Positions 58,836 to 64,000 of a DNA stretch of 64,000 bases are shown piece after piece. The first letter of the stretch is position 1. The number at the start of each line of letters is the position of its first letter. Source of the stretch: a virus (taxonomy: Duplodnaviria; Caudoviricetes). A program made the translations under genes and the position numbers. Location: positions 192,001 through 256,000 of IMG/VR virus record IMGVR_UViG_3300024331_000007, one strand, 5' to 3'. The notes beneath the pieces are model-generated. The model saw nothing but the letters and a program-made list of their open reading frames with translations. It made no database searches and was not told the DNA's origin.

Positions 58836-61028
58836 GACTCCAGCCTTCTCAACATGAATCTGTCAACAATTCCGACTGCCTTTTGCCATGCGGAAGGTGC
58901 TGTATGAGCACAGGAAGCACACCAATTGTGGCCTTTCTCATCAATCCAAATCTCGTAACGATAATGTCCATCGGTATAAAACCTGAGATGGGCAGATGGA
59001 AAGATTGCCTGAATATGCTGCTTCGGAGTCATTCTGCGAGCTTGTCCAACATCTGTTTTTGAACTGTTCTCCATGCCTGTTCCCAAGCCCTTTCTGGTGT
59101 GTAGTCTTCCGCCAGTGTCACATCCCATGATTGCATTCCCTTTTCTTTTCGAACTTTAACAGACCACACACTCAAACCTGCAAATTTGAATGGGAATAGT
59201 GTTGCAGTTGGATATATTGCTTTAACGCTTTCTTCGGCTGTCATGGTTTAAATCTTCTGCGAGCCATTGCTTTTTCTTCCATCTCTTCATACATGCGCTG
59301 ATCCCACTCTCTTTCTTCCTCGCGCAGTTTTTCGAAGTATTCCTGTTCTAGCCTGTAGTCTTCTTCTCGTTCTCTCCAATACTGATCCATCGGGTCTTCT
59401 GCCAACTTGTCCAACATCTGCTGTTGAATGGCAATCCATGCTTGCTCCCATGCAACATCCTCAATCATATCTGGTGGACAAAACGTAGTGCTGATGGTTG
59501 CCAATTTCTGTTCAAATGGAAAGTCAGTAATCTCAATGAGAAACTGATCTTCCTTTGCATCACGAGCAATACGTTGGCTCTTGTGCGCAATTGCATTTGG
59601 ATATATTGCCAACACATGTTCTTTAGCTGTCATATTCCAGCTTCCTTAACATTTTGGTTTGAACATTTTTCCATGCTGACTCCCATGCATTATCAAGCGT
59701 AGACCCCACACCTATAGTATACATCTTTTTGTGCCAGTGCTTAATGTTAAAATCTGGGTAGTCGGAGCTAATTTCAACCAAATATATACTTAACGGAACC
59801 TTGCGGCCATCTCTTTTGTTTTGCAGGACTTTAATCTCTGCTTCGGGATAGATATTCAGAACATTTTCTTTAGCAGTCATATTTCGAATCTCTGTACCAT
59901 ATCTCTCATTATTCTGAATGCCGCCTGTTTCCAAACCAAAATTTCAAACATTCTTCTTGGAAGTGGATGATCTGTTGGCCTATGAACAGATGCCAGTGTT
60001 TGTTGATCCTCAGAAGTAGCAGGTGCACTGAGTAACAAATACGTTGTTCCTGATTTCCGCCCAACTCCGAATTTGTGTGTGAATGATTCTGGGTAGGAAC
60101 TAAGCACTATTCGTTTGGCCTCTCGTAGTGTCATGCGTTTTCCAGCTTCTCCAACATTTCATGTTGAACATCGCGCCATGCGATTGACCAAGCCAATTCT
60201 TCACTATCAGCCATTGTCATGTAATGCATTATAGGGGCCCCATCATATCTGATCCTGACTCGTCGCACATAATACATTAAACGACCATAAATCTGAATCG
60301 TGTCCGCTTCAGTTGTGCAATGGGCGCTTGGATATACCGCCATTACATTTTCCTTATCTGTCAAATGCGCCCTCCAACTGTAGTAGCATATTATGCTGAA
60401 TTTGTTTCCATGCTCGATTCCATGCAATATTTTCTGTGGCGCAAGTGCGGCCAATAAATCTGTCGTTCCATGATTTACCGCCGCAACATTTCTTATCACG
60501 GCATGGCTCGTTATAAACATACAAATAGAAACCATCATCCTCTCGGATGCAGGCATGTGGATATATTGCTTTGACTTTTTGTTCGGCTGTCTTTCTCATT
60601 GTGCCAACTTTGCCAGCATATCTCGCTGAATTTCAGTCCATGCCGCTCTCCACGCATTCTTTTTACATGCCACAGAAGGTCCAGCGTAGCCATTACTTCC
60701 TTCTGGACAACATTTTGGATTCCTGCAACCAAACGCCAGAACATAATAGTCAACTTGTTCTGATCCAACATCCACTCCTCGAACGTAGGCATGCTTATAA
60801 AGATTGATTACCTGATGTTTTGGTGTCATTGCTCTAACCTTCTAACCATTCCGATTGCAATCTTACCCCATGCATTTTTCCACGCAATTTTTGGCGTAAC
60901 ACCAACCCCAAGCCATGTTTCCGCCAATTCGCTGACACGAATATAAATTACCCAAAACTTTTTCACATGCTCGTATTTCTTCTGCTTTGCCGCTGGATAA
61001 ATCCGCCGCACATTTATCATGTCTTCGT

Positions 61029-61230
61029 TCATGATTCCAACTTCCTTAACATGTCTTCGCTCCAAGTTCCGTGGATGCAAGATACGAATGACCAACCAGC
61101 GCGTCATCAAAATGCTGAACTGTGTATCTGTAACAGGATGCGAATCGTTGTTCCGTGCAAAATGCCTGCGGATAAAACTTCAAAACCTTCTCACGAACGG
61201 AAACGAGTTCTGTTTGATCCTTGGAATAAG
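61029..61230 (-). pseudogene. Family A unit with internal deletion/frameshift
   Basis: VREKVLKFYPQA... lacks the AW helix; EDMLRKLES* survives in another frame ending 61029; 5' boundary approximate. Confidence 0.6.
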
Positions 61231-62194
61231 ACATTCCTGAACTCCTTTCGTAATGGATAACCAAGTCCAATCCATGCTTGTTCCCACAACTGAGCATCGT
61301 ATTTGAAACTGCCATAAAATGTGTGATTATTGAATACTAACCACCTGCTTCCAACCTTAACACCGCGAACTTTCTTCTTTCTTCCACACACAGTTGCCCA
61401 ACCATCTTCAACTTTGGCTGTGGGGAAACACAATTTGACTTTTTCTTCAGTAGTCATGACATTAGCTTTTTCAACATCCGTTTCTGGATTCTTAGCCACG
61501 CCCATTCCCACAGATTTTCCTCAGACACCTTGTAGTAATCCATCTTGAAGATGAGCCATTTCCCGTCAGCAATCTTAATGCCAGAAACTTTATACTTGCG
61601 TTGCTTGAATCCATTAGCAGTTGACCGTTGGTAAACAGCTTCGGGATAAACGTTCTGTACCATCTCTTTGAAGTTCATTTGATTGCCAACTTTCTCAGCA
61701 TTCTTTCTTCAATCTTTTTCCATGTTCTTTCCCACACATATTCTCGGGAGAATCCACTAATGACATCCTGTACGGTATTTTCGTCCGAATACAACCAAAC
61801 CTCATACAAAAACTCATCAATACTTCCATGAGGGACAATCCTAAATTCAGTACGAGGATACAGGTTCATAACCATTTTTTCGTAATCTAGCTCGCCAACT
61901 TCTTCAACATTTCCTGCTGAATCTTTTTCCATGTACGTCTCCAAAGAATGTGCTCAAACTTTCCACCATATGCGTAACATTTATTACCGATCCAAACACC
62001 CTTGGCCATAATTTCTTTGCCGTAGTGCGATCCATCCGTTGACCAATCCCATGTTGATTGTGGTATCCAACCCCATTTCAATACAGCCTCTGGATAAACG
62101 GATTTTACTTTATCTTCTGCCCTTAATGAGGCAAACGTTCCTACACTCTTATTTTGAATGTTTGGGAACGTTATGTTCTTAGTCGATTTGTTTT

Positions 62195-62413
62195 TCATCC
62201 CATGATCTTTCTGAGTATATCTCGTCCTGCAATGCGTAAAAGATTTGTGATCTTGATTTCTGGAGCTTGCCGTTTCGTCTTGTGCAAAAAACAATAGTTG
62301 TTTCCAGATTCAGCCTGTAGCTTGCAACGATGTTTTTCCAAATACTTGTGAACTTCAGCATCGCTCATCAGCGAAATATCTGCGTCTCCGCAATAAATGC
62401 ATCTTTTACTCAT
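62195..62413 (-). CDS. Cys/His protein embedded in array, with DILRKIM tail
   Basis: CIYC...HRC...C; ATGA coupling. Confidence 0.6.
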   Translation of the reverse strand: MSKRCIYCGDADISLMSDAEVHKYLEKHRCKLQAESGNNYCFLHKTKRQAPEIKITNLLRIAGRDILRKIMG

Positions 62414-62632
62414 GACTCAAACTGCCTCATGATCTTGAAGTTTAATTCTTTCTTCAATTTCACCCAAACGCCATCTTCTGTTAAAGACCGTTGTAATTTG
62501 TCGTAATCTCCGAGTCCAAGTGATCCAACATATCGGACACCATCAGAAAATTTCAACGAAACAACTCTCGCATCTGGACACAACTCTTGCACGAATTGTT
62601 GGTCTTCGCTCATTAGAAACGACTTTCTATGC

Positions 62633-62705
62633 TAAATACTTATGCAGTTCGCGAGTCTCGTGAACTCCAACTGCCCTAACGCCATTTCGAGGCAATCAGC
62701 ATATG
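62633..62705 (+). ncRNA. Structured 5' leader motif, copy 4
   Basis: TAAATA-cttat-GCAGTT-CGC-GAGT-ctcgtga-ACTC-C-AACTGC-cctaac-GCC-atttcga-GGC-aatcagcat-ATG. Confidence 0.8.
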
Positions 62706-63317
62706 AATACTTATCCCAATAATAACACATTTTACGTTTACGCATATCTTCGCCAAAATGGAACACCATATTACATAGGTAAAGGAAACGGAGATAGGGC
62801 ATTTCGTAATTATCGTAAACGATGTGTTCGTCCTCCAAAAGATAAATCTCGTGTAGTCATCCTTTTTGAGAACTTATTTGAACCAGCTTCCTTTCAAATA
62901 GAGATGCTATTTATTCGCATGTTTGGTCGTATTGATCTTGGAACTGGGTGCCTTCATAATAGAACCAGCGGCGGTGAAGGCATCAGTGGTTATCGTAGAA
63001 GTCCAGAATCAATCGCTAAACAAATTGAGACTATGAAGCGAAACAACAAGAAACAAAGTAATGCAACCATTCTGAAAAGAATAAACACTAGAAAACTGAA
63101 TGGAACCTTGAATCCTAATACATTAGATTCACTGCATAAAACAAAAATCAAACGAATTGCCAATGGATCGTATAAGCGCACACCAGAAGCTATCGCTAAA
63201 CAGATTGCTACGCAAAAACGAAATGGCACTAATAAAAGGACTCCAGAATCTATCGCCAAAGGATTAGCAACAAAATTAGCCAGAAAATCAATAACGATAG
63301 ACAATCCTACCCATTGA
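62703..63317 (+). CDS. GIY-YIG homing endonuclease with three (K/R)R(S/T)PE(S/A)IAK repeats (antisense insertion)
   Basis: FYVYAYLRQNGTPYYIGKGNGDRAF...LHNRTSGGEG. Confidence 0.85.
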   Translation: MNTYPNNNTFYVYAYLRQNGTPYYIGKGNGDRAFRNYRKRCVRPPKDKSRVVILFENLFEPASFQIEMLFIRMFGRIDLGTGCLHNRTSGGEGISGYRRSPESIAKQIETMKRNNKKQSNATILKRINTRKLNGTLNPNTLDSLHKTKIKRIANGSYKRTPEAIAKQIATQKRNGTNKRTPESIAKGLATKLARKSITIDNPTH

Positions 63318-63503
63318 TAATGAATATGGTGATAATTCCAACAATACTTCGTCTCCCGGTTCAATTCGGATGTTGTTTTTGCGCAACCTTCCACCCAAAT
63401 AAGCTGTGATCTGCTGATTACCCGGAATCTCCACCAACCATGTTGTATTGGGGAGCGTCTTTAAAATCCTACCTCTTAGTTCTACCTGTTCGTCGCGTGG
63501 CAT
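63288..63503 (-). CDS. infA: Translation initiation factor IF-1
   Basis: ELRGRILKTLPNTTWLVEI...TAYLGGRLRKNNIRIEPGDEVLLELSPYSLSMGRIVYRY; AGGAG SD. Confidence 0.92.
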   Translation of the reverse strand: MPRDEQVELRGRILKTLPNTTWLVEIPGNQQITAYLGGRLRKNNIRIEPGDEVLLELSPYSLSMGRIVYRY

Positions 63504-63520
63504 GAATCTCCTTTGATTAA

Positions 63521-63549
63521 ATTATACCGAATTTCTTACTTACTGTCAA
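63521..63549 (-). promoter_or_regulatory. Perfect-consensus sigma70 promoter upstream of infA
   Basis: TTGACA-17 nt-TATAAT. Confidence 0.9.
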
Positions 63550-63745
63550 GCCCTTTAAACTTGTCCAAAATCCTTTTGTTTGTTATACTTAAAGACCATT
63601 CCCATGCTTGTATTTCGTTAGCCCATGAATGTGCAATGATTTTTTCGTCGGCTACAATAAACCAAAAGTTTGGGCATTCTTCAGGAACTCCTCTACAATA
63701 TGCGTTTGGAAACAGTTTTATCATTTGGTCTTTGGCTTCGTTCAC
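63536..63745 (-). CDS. Family A protein
   Basis: GTG start overlapping upstream TGA; MIKLFPNA...EIQAWEWSLSITNKRILDKFK. Confidence 0.75.
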   Translation of the reverse strand: MNEAKDQMIKLFPNAYCRGVPEECPNFWFIVADEKIIAHSWANEIQAWEWSLSITNKRILDKFKGLDSK

Positions 63746-63975
63746 AAGTTCTCCAACTTCCATAACATTGCCTCGCCTTTAGTCATCTTTCTGACATTGT
63801 GGCCTAATTTGTGTCGTGTCTCATTATTTGGTGACCATACAGTCAAGTAAACTTCGTCCATAATCTTAAGAATTTCAACAACCTGTCCTGTGTTATTGAA
63901 GTCTTGCTGACTTTCGAAATCTCTCCAAAAGACAACATCGTCAACGCCGACTTTCTTTCCGTTAATGTCCTTCAA
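63742..63975 (-). CDS. SH3-like family C protein
   Basis: TTG start; KDINGKKVGVDDVVFW...GEAMLWKLENL. Confidence 0.8.
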   Translation of the reverse strand: MKDINGKKVGVDDVVFWRDFESQQDFNNTGQVVEILKIMDEVYLTVWSPNNETRHKLGHNVRKMTKGEAMLWKLENL

Positions 63976-64000
63976 GAATTTTCTAGTCGCCACAGCATTG
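63972..64000 (-). CDS. 3' end of an upstream tagged gene entering from the right edge
   Basis: ...AMLWRLENS* with TGA at 63974-63972. Confidence 0.65.

Larger units (their letters stand above)
53614..62613 (-). repeat. Tandem array of 38 family A genes: M(T/D)xK(E/Q)xVxx(V/I)YPxA-[variable]-ExAWxxAxxxIxxxMLxKLE*
   Basis: Inferred units: 62410-62613, 61887-62198, 61675-61890, 61454-61678, 61191-61457, 61029-~61230(psi), 60826-61032, 60596-60829, 60354-60599, 60131-60364, 59877-60134, 59623-59880, 59241-59633, 59029-59244, 58832-59032, 58378-58617, 58131-58381(fs), 57916-58134, 57686-57919, 57471-57689(TAG), 57280-57474, 57083-57283, 56886-57086, 56698-56889, 56507-56701, 56295-56510, 56092-56298, 55883-56095, 55674-55886, 55471-55677, 55247-55471(TAG), 55017-55250, 54793-55020, 54507-54773, 54271-54510, 54053-54274, 53853-54056, 53614-53856. 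Confidence 0.93.

Noticed and set aside
55017-61511. N-terminal extensions in the ORF track for array units that have ATG at the junction (e.g. MERCKKNTECKNDEKTGV)
   Set aside because: They arise from GCA TGG of the previous gene read in the -1 frame; the junction ATG matches the family start. Kept as a possibility only for the seven non-ATG junctions.
53614-62613. CRISPR array or integron cassette array, given the ~220 nt periodicity
   Set aside because: The repeats are degenerate protein-coding ends, not identical repeats with spacers; no attC-like inverted repeats, cas genes or integrase in the window.
53614-62613. Diversity-generating retroelement as the source of variation
   Set aside because: No reverse transcriptase and no template/variable repeat pair differing only at adenines; centres differ in length and at all bases. 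An RT elsewhere in the genome cannot be excluded.
62632-62838. Minus-strand 68 aa ORF, and the 51963 start of the GIY-YIG ORF
   Set aside because: The first is antisense to the RNA motif and HEG; the second reads through the structured leader, and the SD-associated start is 52020.
1-64000. Genome-wide stop-codon reassignment (code 15 or 4)
   Set aside because: All long core genes are uninterrupted in code 11, and TAG/TGA terminate many genes at conserved family ends; in-frame stops occur only in a few accessory paralogs.

Overview
A 64 kb segment of a large lytic dsDNA phage, most likely a T4-related jumbo myovirus. Its gene content resembles RAK2/GAP32-type phages (inference, no database search). 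Almost all genes are on the minus strand. Core genes: N-terminal part of a class II-like ribonucleotide reductase (runs off the left edge and is missing from the ORF track), NAD-dependent DNA ligase, HNH-RNA ligase fusion, PD-(D/E)XK exonuclease, PhoH, clamp-loader subunit, GroES-like co-chaperonin, a stand-alone DnaE fragment, baseplate/virion proteins, a SleB+DUF5715 cell-wall hydrolase and translation initiation factor IF-1. About 14 free-standing homing-endonuclease-like genes are scattered among them. The accessory part is dominated by families of tiny paralogous genes. The main one is a 9 kb head-to-tail array of 38 genes of about 70 aa (53.6-62.6 kb) with conserved ends and unrelated middles. 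Two further families (SH3-like and 'YLxLxGW') are also present. Four observations not explained by the ORF track stand out. (1) A C-terminal (M/F)LxxLE helix is shared by about 55-60 small proteins of apparently different folds. (2) Seven array junctions keep the stop/start overlap geometry but have ATA/CTA/TTA/CTG at the start position. (3) A covarying three-stem RNA motif lies between a TAAATA late promoter and the ATG of four antisense endonuclease genes from unrelated families. (4) At least 13 genes have a -10 box exactly 5-6 nt from the ATG with no Shine-Dalgarno, implying leaderless mRNAs, in a phage that carries its own IF-1. No tRNA, rRNA, CRISPR array, integrase or reverse transcriptase was seen.
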